DNA of 64,000 nucleotides from NCBI GenBank assembly GCA_963789735.1, contig CAWBLV010000001.1:85822-149821 (forward strand). Direction: 5' to 3'. The translations under genes were made by a program, and so were the position numbers. The DNA comes from Candidatus Dormiibacterota bacterium. Its GTDB lineage: Bacteria > Chloroflexota > Dormibacteria > Aeolococcales > Aeolococcaceae. Under the pieces are notes generated by a model that was not told the DNA's origin, ran no database searches, and worked only from the letters and a program-made list of their open reading frames with translations. This document shows, piece after piece, positions 55,688 through 64,000 of this stretch (its first letter is position 1; the number at the start of each line of letters is the position of its first letter).

Positions 55688-56972
55688 ATGCATCCAGACC
55701 CGCGCCGCGCCGTCCCGAAGACAGACACTGTTCTTGCGGACGCACGGCTCGTCGAGCCGCAGCGACGGCTGGGGCGCGCCCGGGTGCGTGACGTGGTGCG
55801 CACATCGCAGGACGCGGTGCGCAGCGGAACGGTGCTGCCTGGTCGGCTGGTCGAGCACGTGCTTGATCATCTGCCCGAGCGAACGACGTCCCTGACCCCG
55901 GTGATCAACGCGACCGGGACGGTGCTCCACACGAACCTGGGGCGCGCCCCGCTCTCGGACTCGGCTCGTGCGGCGCTGCTGGTGGCGGCGGGGTATGTCG
56001 ATGTCGAGTACGACCTCGCCGACGGACGGCGTGCCGCAAGAGGACGGGGCGCGCTCGCCGCACTCCGCGCCGCCGTGCCCGATGCGGGCGATGTCATGGT
56101 TGTCAATAACGGCGCTGCGGCACTCCTGCTCGCCGTGACGGTCCTGGCTGCGGGCCGCGAGGTGGTGTGGAGTTCGCGGTGAGCTCGTCGAGATCGGCGA
56201 CGGATTCCGGCTGCCGGACCTCGTCGCATGCACCGGAGCGACGCTGCATGAAGTCGGAACGACCAATCGGACGACGCGCGCGGATTACGAAGCCGCTGTC
56301 GGTGAGCGGACCGGCTGCGTGCTGAAGGTGCATCCCTCGAATTTCCAGATGACGGGGTTCACCGCGTCGGTGCCCATCGGTGAACTGATTGGTCTCGGCG
56401 TCCCCTTGGTGGTTGACATCGGCTCGGGATTGTTGACGCCCGACCGGCTCCTTCCAGACGAGCCCGACCTCGCTGGTGCGCTGCGAGCCGGTGCGAACGT
56501 GGTCACCGCGAGTGGCGACAAGTTGCTCGGCGGCCCCCAAGCCGGGATCATCGCCGGCGATGCGGATCTGATCGCTCGCTTCCGGCGCCATCCGCTGGCA
56601 CGGGCGCTTCGGGTGGACAAGCTCACGATTGCGGCGCTCGAGGCGACCCTCGGCGGTCCGGTGTCGCCGGCTGCGGGAGCGTTGCATGCGGATCCGACTA
56701 TGCTGCGAGCACGTGCCGAGGCGATTGCTGTTCGCCTCGGGGATCCGGCTGCGGTTGTGCCGAGCGATGGCGCAGTCGGTGGCGGGAGCGGTCCTGGTGT
56801 CGCGCTCCCCGGATGGGCCGTGAGCTTGCCTGAGCGTTATGCCGCCGCACTACGCCAGGGCGATCCGGCCGTGGTCGCGCGCCTCGACGGCGGGCGCTGC
56901 CTGCTCGACCTGCGCTGCGTACCGCCGTCCGACGACGAAGCGCTGATCGCCGCTGTCCTCGCATGCAGGTAA
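55688..56972 (+). pseudogene. selA: L-seryl-tRNA(Sec) selenium transferase with an apparent +1 frameshift at about 56174; could be a sequence error
   Basis: The upstream frame reads PVINATGTVLHTNLGRAPL...NNGAAALLLAV...GREVVWS. The next frame continues RGELVEIGDGFRLPD...KVHPSNF...ASGDKLLGGPQAG, which holds the PLP lysine. The joined length is 3n+1. Confidence 0.85.
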
Positions 56973-58754
56973 TCGCGACCGCCGGACACGTCGATCACGG
57001 CAAGTCCACGCTCGTTCGCGCGCTCACCGGAATGGAGCCGGACCGCTGGGCCGAAGAGCGGCGCAGGGGCATGACCATCGACCTCGGGTACGCGTGGACG
57101 ACGCTGCCGACTGGCGAGGAGATCGCGTTCGTGGATGTGCCCGGGCACGAGCGTTTCGCCACGAACATGCTCGCAGGCGTCGGGCCCGTTCCCGCCGTGA
57201 TGCTCGTCATCGCAGCGGACGAGGGTTGGCGCGCGCAGACCGCGGAGCACGTGCGCGCGCTTGACGCGCTGGGGGTTCGCCACGGGCTCGTCGCGGTGAC
57301 GCGGAGTGATCTTGCCGACCCTTCAGGAGCCATGGAGCAGGCGCGTGCGTGCCTGTCCTCCACCACGCTGGCCGGCATTCCAACGGTGAGCGTTTCAGGA
57401 GAGACCGGTGCCGGCATGGATACGCTCCGCGTCGCGCTCGGCGCACTTGCTCGGAGTGTTCCGCCTGCTGATGTCGAGGCTCGAGTGCGTCTCTGGGTCG
57501 ATCGATCGTTCACCGTGCGCGGAAGCGGGACGGTCGTGACCGGAACTCTGGCGGCAGGAACCGTGCGTCGTGGTGACGCGTTCGAACTCGGCGATTCGAC
57601 CGTCACCGTGCGCGGTCTGCAGCGACTGGGACACGCGACGGACGTCGTGTGCGCACCGGCTCGAGTGGCGCTCAACCTGCGCGGTGTCGCACACGAAGAT
57701 GTGCGCCGCGGGGACACGCTGCTCACACCTGGCGTGTGGCGGCGCACCGATGTCGTGGACGTACGCAGCGCCGGTGAGCAACTGCCGACCCACGTCGTCG
57801 TGCATATCGGCGCCGCCGCGGTGCCGGCGATGGTGCGCCGGCTTGATGCCTCCGACGTCTCGGGTTCCACGCTTGTGCGTCTCACATTCGATGCGGCGCT
57901 TCCACTGCAGGTTGGCGATCGAATGCTCCTTCGCGATCCAGGTCTCCGGACGATAGTCGGTGGGGTGACCGTGCTCGACCCCTTCCCGCCGTCGCTGACA
58001 CGGCGAGGTGCTGCAAAAGCGCGTGCAGCCGCGCTTGCTTTGGATCTCGGTGTGCCTGACGTGGGCGCCGAGGTCGCACGACGCGGAGCCGTGAGTTGGG
58101 CGGTGCTCGAGTTCATCGGCGTTCGCGTGGTGGATCCGCTGCCACCGCGCGTGCGGGCGGCAGGCACGTGGCTCATCAGCGAGGTGCTCTGGGAGCGGTG
58201 GCGACGGGAGTTGCTGACCGCAGTGGATCGTGGCGCGGCGGCTCTGCTCGATGCAGGCGCCACTCATGCCGACCTCGCTCGAGCGTTGCATCTCGAGGAT
58301 GCTCAGCTGTTGCCCGTGCTCGTCGAGTTCCTGCCCTGAGCTCGAGGACGTCGGCGGACGGGTCCGCATACGCGGGACAAGTCCGGCACTCCGGGCGGAT
58401 GTTGGTATGGCCGTCTCGCGGCTGGTGAATGCGCTCACCGACTCGCCGTTTGCGGCGCCGGAACAGGGTCAGCTCGTGGCGCTCGGGCTCGGTCGGCGTG
58501 AGCTTGGAGCGGCGGCTGCGGCGCGCGCGATCCTGCTGCTGCCGGGAGATATCGCGCTGCTTCCGGATGCGCCCGCAGTGGCCGCCGACCAGCTCAGGGC
58601 GCTGCCTCAACCGTTCACGCTTTCGGCTGCGCGCCAGGCACTGGGAACGACGCGGCGGGTCGCCGTGCCACTGCTCGAGCACCTGGATCGCATTGGCGTC
58701 ACGCAGCGCGTCGACACTGACCTTCGACGGGTGCGTACACCTGCGTCGCGATGA
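56963..58754 (+). pseudogene. selB: selenocysteine-specific elongation factor with an apparent +1 frameshift at about 58336; could be a sequence error
   Basis: The GTPase domain shows ATAGHVDHGKSTL and DVPGHERF. The frame stops after LVEFLP inside a CCC run, and the next frame continues ELEDVGGRVRIRG...FTLSAARQALGTTRRVAVPLLEHLDRIGVTQR, the winged-helix SECIS-binding region. The joined length is 3n+1. Confidence 0.85.
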
Positions 58755-58863
58755 AGCGCCGGTGTCACGGAGACGCCGTGTGAGAAGAGCCGGCGCTGAC
58801 TCTCAGGGCGACGCGTGGCCACGAACTGCAATCCAGGCAGACGTCGAACTCCGGCCTCTGCTC

Positions 58864-60219
58864 GTGGCGATGGGGGCATTGATACTCGCGGGCGCGGCGA
58901 CCCTCTGTGCCACCCTGTCCGGCCACCCGGCAGCGAGCCCGGCGATTGTCGGCGTCGCGCTCGTCGCGGTTATCGCTCTTGCGCGCCCGACGCCGGCAAT
59001 GTTCGGGTTGGTTGCGTTGTCGCTGGCGCTGGAGATGGTCCTGCCTTTGCAGACCGGTGGCGGCCGCATCGGCGACTGGGACCTCCACTATCAACTGGCG
59101 CGCGCATACGGAGGCCTCTCCTCCACTGCCACCCTCGCCGACCTTCGTCAGCGCACGCCACTCTTTGACGCGCTCGGGGGCGGCGTGTTGGTGTGGGGGC
59201 AGGGCTACTGGGCATTCCAGATCGTCAGCGTCATTCTCAGCTCGTTATGGCTGTGGCCTGCACGCCTCCTGCTGCGGACGCTGGGCGCCAACCCGGGAGC
59301 TCTGACCATCGTCGGGCTGACGCCCATGATCGTGCTGTATTCCGTGTACACATGGCCGTGGGGCCTCGTCTCGTTCTTCGTGCTCACAGCGGTGTGTGCA
59401 GCGCTACAACGCGGCCGGATCGCCGTCATCACTGTTGGGATCGCACTCGCGGGCGCACTGCTCACGCACATCGGGTCGATCGGCATGGTTGCGGGAATCG
59501 CGATTTGGGTCGTGCTCCGACGCCCTGATTGGAAGTTCGCGGTCGCGGCCTGCGCCATCGGCGTGACTCCGATCGCTCTTTGGGCGGCGTTCACTCACAC
59601 GCTGTCACCGAGCGTGCTGTGGGGGGCTTCCATCCCAGCGCAATACGCCGGATCGTTGAGTCAATGGCTGCTGAGCAGGCCCGTGGTGCTCGCCTCCACG
59701 TTCTGGGGCATTCCTTCGCTGCGCATCGGTACCCCTTTGCTTGACGCGGTGGTTTCACTGTTCTGGTTCTCCTCCACGGCGGCACTGCTGCCCGTCCTTC
59801 TGGTTGGGCGTCGATGGCCAAAGCCGTCGCAACCGGCGCTGTGGGCAATCATCGGTGGCGTGCTGGCGGGCTTGCTGCTCCTGCCCACGAACACCGCTCG
59901 TTCCGGCCTCGCCGAGACCGTGTTCACCGCCAATGTCCTTCTCGTCATCGCGGGCGTCTCACGGCTTTCGCGCGAGCGACTGGTCGTCCTTGGCAGAGTG
60001 ACTGCAGGTCTTGCTGCCGTCGCCGTCATTGCGCTCGTCTGGCGCAGCGAAATCGTCGTGCCGGGCGACCCCAACCTCGCGTACAAATCGATGCAGTCAC
60101 TGGAGTTTTTCGTCACCCGATTCGGGATCGTTCCGGCTTTGGTCGCAAGCGTCATCGCGGTCGCGACGCTGCTGATCAAGCGGCCGCTGGATCACGGGAC
60201 TGCCGGCTCCTCGTCGTGA
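58864..60219 (+). CDS. polytopic membrane protein, possibly a GT-C-type glycosyltransferase; the start is uncertain
   Basis: About 12 hydrophobic segments are present and I recognised no soluble domain. Candidate starts after the selB stop are GTG 58762, GTG 58864 and ATG 58870. Confidence 0.5.
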   Translation: MAMGALILAGAATLCATLSGHPAASPAIVGVALVAVIALARPTPAMFGLVALSLALEMVLPLQTGGGRIGDWDLHYQLARAYGGLSSTATLADLRQRTPLFDALGGGVLVWGQGYWAFQIVSVILSSLWLWPARLLLRTLGANPGALTIVGLTPMIVLYSVYTWPWGLVSFFVLTAVCAALQRGRIAVITVGIALAGALLTHIGSIGMVAGIAIWVVLRRPDWKFAVAACAIGVTPIALWAAFTHTLSPSVLWGASIPAQYAGSLSQWLLSRPVVLASTFWGIPSLRIGTPLLDAVVSLFWFSSTAALLPVLLVGRRWPKPSQPALWAIIGGVLAGLLLLPTNTARSGLAETVFTANVLLVIAGVSRLSRERLVVLGRVTAGLAAVAVIALVWRSEIVVPGDPNLAYKSMQSLEFFVTRFGIVPALVASVIAVATLLIKRPLDHGTAGSSS

Positions 60220-61426
60220 ATGGGTATCCGGGGAATCCAAGGCCGGTCTCTCGCCAGAGAATGGCTGCGCTGATCCACAACGCCACCGTTCCCGGCAGGA
60301 ACAGCCACGTTGGCAGATCGGCCGCGCTCCCATTGATATCGAGCACGATGACGAGTGTCGCCGGCGTGAGAATCAGTGCCAGCAGAGCTGCCATCCGCAA
60401 GCGACCGGCCAGCAGGAGAAGGCCGAACGGCCAGACCAGGTACTGGTCGGATATCGACGCCGACAACCCGAGCACGAGCACAATCGCCAGCGCGACGGCG
60501 TCTGCAATCCTCACGTCGTCTCGCCGGCTGCATTGATACGCGACCCAGCACACCAACGCCAGCAGCAGGACATTGGTAAAGGGAACGATCGCGCTGCCCC
60601 ACGATTCGGGAAAAAATCGCGAGGTGCCAAAGCCCTGTCGGTGGGGAACGTAGAGGAGCACCGCGAGGACCCCATGGACGATGTGTTCGGGGTGAATAAT
60701 CGCGTACACCGCAAACACGAACGCAGGAACGGCAGCAACGCGGAGCGCGAACGGCCAGCGACCGCGCTTCAACCAGCCCAGGAAGACGGGCAGAAAGTAT
60801 CCAGGCCACGTCTTCAGCGCCACACCCACGCCCAACGCGTATGCCGCGGCCCGCGGGCGCGTCCCAAGCCATGCCACCGCCAGCAAGAGCGCCAGGGCAG
60901 GCATCGCGTCGAATTGTCCGTGCAGTGTTGCAACCGCGATGGTGATCGGATTCAGGGCGTACAACCAAGCTGCGCGGACCCGCCATCGCCCCTTGATCAG
61001 GGCCAGGAGAATCGGCGCCACCGCCGCGTCACAAACCCAATATGGCACCCGAACGATGAAGGCGAAGAGCTGCGGGTTGCCAGTCGGGACCATCGCCGCC
61101 GCTGATGCCCATTGCCAGTAGATGAGCGGCGGGTAATTGGAGAGTCCATTGCTCGCGCCCGAGTAGATGTCACCGCCGAGGCGCAGTTGATTGCCGACTA
61201 CTCGGTACGCGTCGAATATGTCGTAGGTGCCACCGTTTTGCACGAGCGACATCGCGAGGCGAATCGCCAGTGCGACCAGAGTGATCCCCACGCCGGTGAC
61301 CACGAGATTGCGCGATGCGTCTCGATCTCGCGCCGCGAGCGCGATGCCGAGCCCCAGCACGGCGCAGACACAGAGGGTCGAACTCGCAACGAGAATTCGT
61401 GGCGGACCCGTCAGCACTGCCAGCAT
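60176..61426 (-). CDS. polytopic membrane protein resembling GT87/DUF2029 (PimE-like) glycosyltransferases
   Basis: NYPPLIYWQW follows the first loop, and roughly 10 TM segments are present. The ATG at 61426 is 2 nt after the nrfD-like stop. Confidence 0.55.
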   Translation of the reverse strand: MLAVLTGPPRILVASSTLCVCAVLGLGIALAARDRDASRNLVVTGVGITLVALAIRLAMSLVQNGGTYDIFDAYRVVGNQLRLGGDIYSGASNGLSNYPPLIYWQWASAAAMVPTGNPQLFAFIVRVPYWVCDAAVAPILLALIKGRWRVRAAWLYALNPITIAVATLHGQFDAMPALALLLAVAWLGTRPRAAAYALGVGVALKTWPGYFLPVFLGWLKRGRWPFALRVAAVPAFVFAVYAIIHPEHIVHGVLAVLLYVPHRQGFGTSRFFPESWGSAIVPFTNVLLLALVCWVAYQCSRRDDVRIADAVALAIVLVLGLSASISDQYLVWPFGLLLLAGRLRMAALLALILTPATLVIVLDINGSAADLPTWLFLPGTVALWISAAILWRETGLGFPGYPFTTRSRQSRDPAAA

Positions 61427-61428
61427 CG

Positions 61429-62367
61429 TCACGTTGCATTCGGCCGCTTGCTGCGCTCCAGGCGCTCGCGCTGCGGGATCACGGTGTATCGAGGGTCGCG
61501 CGCTGACGCCTGCCCAGCTTCGAAGACGGCAAAGCGGGTGCACGCGGATCCAAGCACCAGCGCAGCGCCGGCAAGTGCTGCTCCTCCCCTGGTGCGGCCG
61601 ATGACGACGGTTCCGATCGCGCCAACCACCGTCAGCGCCCGGCTCGCCCTCATGAATCGCCCCGCCTTGCCGATGCGGAGAGCCGACGCGCTCAGGCCCA
61701 TGCTCGCCTCCATTCGCTGCTCCATGGCGAGACCGACGATCGCGCCACCGGCGGCCATTCGGCGGGCCGGTGCTGCTTGATTCACGGCGGTCGTGATCAT
61801 CGTCAGACCGCCGGCGGAGGCCGCGGCTGATGCGACGAACACGAATGGCAACTCACGGCGCGCGGAATGCCACGCGGGAGTGGCGGTATCCGAGAGCAGC
61901 ACGCCCGTGTACGACGCGAGTGCGGGAGCAAGTGCGGCCGCGAACAGACCTGCAGGTCGCGCTCCGATCTCGAGGAGGCGGCCGGTGATCGGAACTCGCC
62001 AAGGCAGCATCGCGGCGATCTCCGCAGCACCTGCAAGCGAGGCTGCCGGCCCGAACACCGCGAGCACCCATGTGCCCATCGACATCGGCGACGTCGGCTT
62101 TGCGGTGCGCAGCATGTTGAGGAACCGCGCCGGCCGTCCCAGGTCGTGAATCAGCGCAGCGCTTCCGGCCGCCCCGCCGACCAGTGCGGCGATGCGAGCA
62201 GAACGCCGCAACTTCGGCAGCCCGCGCAGGTCCGCCCCCGCAGCAAGGAGCGATGAACCAGCGGCCAGTCCTCCGAGGAAGAAGTACGCCGGGATGTCGT
62301 TCTCCCACGGCGATGCTTTGACGACCGGACGTCCGTAGTACGAGGTGAACGTCGCGGGCGGCACCAT
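61429..62367 (-). CDS. NrfD/PsrC-family membrane subunit of the formate dehydrogenase-type complex
   Basis: The start is set at the ATG at 62367, giving MVPPATFTSYYGRPVVKASPWENDIPAYFFLGGLAAGS. It is an 8-TM-type protein. Confidence 0.75.
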   Translation of the reverse strand: MVPPATFTSYYGRPVVKASPWENDIPAYFFLGGLAAGSSLLAAGADLRGLPKLRRSARIAALVGGAAGSAALIHDLGRPARFLNMLRTAKPTSPMSMGTWVLAVFGPAASLAGAAEIAAMLPWRVPITGRLLEIGARPAGLFAAALAPALASYTGVLLSDTATPAWHSARRELPFVFVASAAASAGGLTMITTAVNQAAPARRMAAGGAIVGLAMEQRMEASMGLSASALRIGKAGRFMRASRALTVVGAIGTVVIGRTRGGAALAGAALVLGSACTRFAVFEAGQASARDPRYTVIPQRERLERSKRPNAT

Positions 62368-62450
62368 TGCCCGCTCTCCCTCGCGACCACCACCTTCGCG
62401 CCGGCGCCGTCGCGGTGCGCCGAGCGCCGAGGCCGCGACGGGATCGACGG

Positions 62451-63368
62451 TCACGCGCGGTTCCGCATGAACGCTGCCGCAGCACCCACGAGCATGGCGG
62501 CGCTCGCGAACGCGGCAGTCCGCCACATTGCGGGGAGATCGCGCGTCGTCACGACTGGATCCGGCGGCAATCCGTAGACCTCGGGCTCGTCGAGGAGCAG
62601 GAAGAACGCGCCCGCACCGCCGATGCCATCCTCCGGGTCCGCGCCGTAGAGCCGTGCATCGGTCACGCCCGCGGCGTGCAACTCGTCGACGCGGTGTCGC
62701 GCGCGAACACGCAGCTCGTCCAGATCGCCGTACTGGATCGACTGCGTTGGACATGCCTGTGCACACGCCGGTGTCATGCCTTCGCCGAGCCGGTCGTAGC
62801 AGAGCGTGCACTTCTGCGCGATCCCGACATTGCGTGTTCCCTCGGGGCCACGGCGGCGATCGATGACGCCGAATGGACACGCCGGCACGCAGTAGCCGCA
62901 GCCGTTGCAGATGTCCTCCTGCACCACGACGGTGCCGAACTCGGTACGAGTGAGCGATCCGGTCGGGCACACGTCCAGGCAGGCGGCGTGCGTGCAGTGC
63001 TTGCAGACGTCGGACGACATCAACCATCGAATCCCTGTCGCCGGCGACTGTTCGGCCACATTCTGGCCAGATATGGCGCCAACCATCGGCAAGGCTGTGA
63101 AACCGCTTCCCCCGGTGGGTCGCCGCGGCTGCTCGATGAAGGCCACGTGACGCCACGTGCTGGCCCCGAGCGCACCCGTGTTGTCGTACGACATGCCGAG
63201 CATCTCGAGACCGTCCTCGGGAATGCCGTTCCACTCCTTGCACGCAACCTCGCAGGCCTTGCAGCCGATGCAGACGGAGCTGTCCGTGAAGAATCCCTTG
63301 CGCGGCGGCGGATCGCTCCAGCCGGTATTCGCCGCCGGATCAGGCGATGCCGACCAGCGCTGCATCAC
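62451..63368 (-). CDS. 4Fe-4S ferredoxin-type beta subunit (FdnH/FdoH-like) with a C-terminal TM anchor
   Basis: Cys clusters are CIGCKACEVACKEWN, CKHCTHAACLDVCP, CNGCGYCVPACP and CTLCYDR. The C-terminal hydrophobic helix is MWRTAAFASAAMLVGAAAAF. Confidence 0.85.
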   Translation of the reverse strand: MMQRWSASPDPAANTGWSDPPPRKGFFTDSSVCIGCKACEVACKEWNGIPEDGLEMLGMSYDNTGALGASTWRHVAFIEQPRRPTGGSGFTALPMVGAISGQNVAEQSPATGIRWLMSSDVCKHCTHAACLDVCPTGSLTRTEFGTVVVQEDICNGCGYCVPACPFGVIDRRRGPEGTRNVGIAQKCTLCYDRLGEGMTPACAQACPTQSIQYGDLDELRVRARHRVDELHAAGVTDARLYGADPEDGIGGAGAFFLLLDEPEVYGLPPDPVVTTRDLPAMWRTAAFASAAMLVGAAAAFMRNRA

Positions 63369-64000
63369 GCGCCGCCGTCGGGAGGTGTCACGCGCGTTGC
63401 CCCGGTCTCAGGGTTGATGCCGGCACGGCGCCGGTACTCGTCGACGTAGCGCGGCAGCGCGGGGCCGGTTGGCCGGCGACCGGGCTGAATGTCGCACGAC
63501 GCCGCCTTCGATTCCTGGATATGCACGTTGGGGTCGAGCGCGACACCCATCACGTCGTTGGCCGAGTCACCGCTGACGATCGCTCCCCCACCGCCAACTC
63601 CCCAGTGGTACGGAAGTCCGATCTGGTGAATGACCCGGCCTCCGACCGTGAGTGGCGTCATGCGATCGGTGACCAGGACGCGCGCCTCGACGGCGGTGCG
63701 TGCAGTGACGATCGTTGCCCAGCCAAGATGCTCGAGACCGCGCTCGGCGGCGAGCTCCGGCGACACTTCGCAGAAGAATTCAGGCTGCAGCTCGGCGAGG
63801 TACGGCGACCAACGGCTCATGCCACCGGCAGTGTGATGCTCGGTCAGGCGGTAGGTGGTGACGACATAGGGGTACACCTCGGAGCCGTGCTCGGGCGGCG
63901 ACGGGCTCGTGAGGTTCTCGTCCCGCGGGAACATCTCTCGGGTCGGATTCGCCTGCTGCGGATGGAGGGCGTTGCGCAGCGGCGACTCCACCGGCTCGTA
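63365..64000 (-). CDS. formate dehydrogenase-type molybdopterin oxidoreductase alpha subunit; only the C-terminal part is present because the 5' end lies beyond the window
   Basis: The molydop_binding region shows YPYVVTTYRLTEHHTAGGMSR...FCEVSPELAAERG...ARVLVTDRM...IGLPYHWG. It overlaps the beta subunit start by ATGA. Confidence 0.8.
   Translation of the reverse strand, partial: YEPVESPLRNALHPQQANPTREMFPRDENLTSPSPPEHGSEVYPYVVTTYRLTEHHTAGGMSRWSPYLAELQPEFFCEVSPELAAERGLEHLGWATIVTARTAVEARVLVTDRMTPLTVGGRVIHQIGLPYHWGVGGGGAIVSGDSANDVMGVALDPNVHIQESKAASCDIQPGRRPTGPALPRYVDEYRRRAGINPETGATRVTPPDGGA

Noticed and set aside
1-64000. CRISPR arrays, rRNA genes, integrases/transposases, prophage or toxin-antitoxin/defence modules.
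   Set aside because: I looked for spaced direct repeats, recombinase motifs and phage structural genes on both strands and found none. The only sizeable repeat is the 903-bp ATPase duplication.

Overview
This is a high-GC chromosomal segment (roughly two-thirds G+C by eye) that looks actinobacterial. Supporting signs are a DinB/DUF664 protein, an LLM-class oxidoreductase, a GT87-like membrane protein, a trkA pair beside an APC permease, a class I xylose isomerase and a Tat DUF1501/DUF1800 pair. I count about 65 protein genes plus tRNA-Cys(GCA) and tRNA-Sec(UCA). I saw no rRNA, CRISPR array, transposase, integrase or phage genes.

Gene order, left to right:
- AKR fragment, tRNA-Cys, GSA-aminomutase-like aminotransferase, orphan LuxR-type response regulator, rarA
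- nfeD-SPFH pair
- ferric-reductase-like / ApbE / small secreted protein operon
- DUF1501/DUF1800 pair
- SCP2, DUF971, and an enoyl-CoA hydratase / FAD oxidase / TPP enzyme operon
- DUF1684
- gamma-glutamylation type amine catabolic cluster (RpiR, APC permease, C26 hydrolase, GS-like ligase, ALDH, SDR)
- type III PKS / ICMT-type methyltransferase / flavoprotein trio
- DedA-RDD-ArsR fusion protein
- DUF47-PiT phosphate transporter pair
- HD-GYP protein with a C-terminal PKD domain
- xylA-xylB, a ROK regulator, and a sugar ABC operon carrying an internally duplicated ATPase gene
- SDR, O-methyltransferase
- APC permease fused to an OB-fold, divergent from two trkA genes
- mixed block of C39-like peptidase, MarR-GNAT, GNAT, DinB, LLM, APH, methyltransferase, CsbD and hydrolases
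- selenium locus selD / tRNA-Sec / selA / selB
- two polytopic GT-C-like genes
- 3' part of a formate dehydrogenase operon that runs off the right edge

Main observations:
1. Six conserved genes are each split by what behaves as exactly one extra nucleotide, always a +1 shift. An assembly error is more likely than decay, but it needs checking.
2. A 903-bp direct repeat with 3 mismatches, all synonymous, duplicates the ABC ATPase gene in front of two clearly diverged permease paralogues.
3. There are three unusual domain architectures: DedA-RDD-ArsR, HD-GYP-TM-PKD and APC-OB-fold.
4. A 775-bp leader upstream of the HD-GYP gene has a lower-GC section and a cluster of palindromes.

All family calls come from reading motifs by eye. 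No database search or folding program was run.
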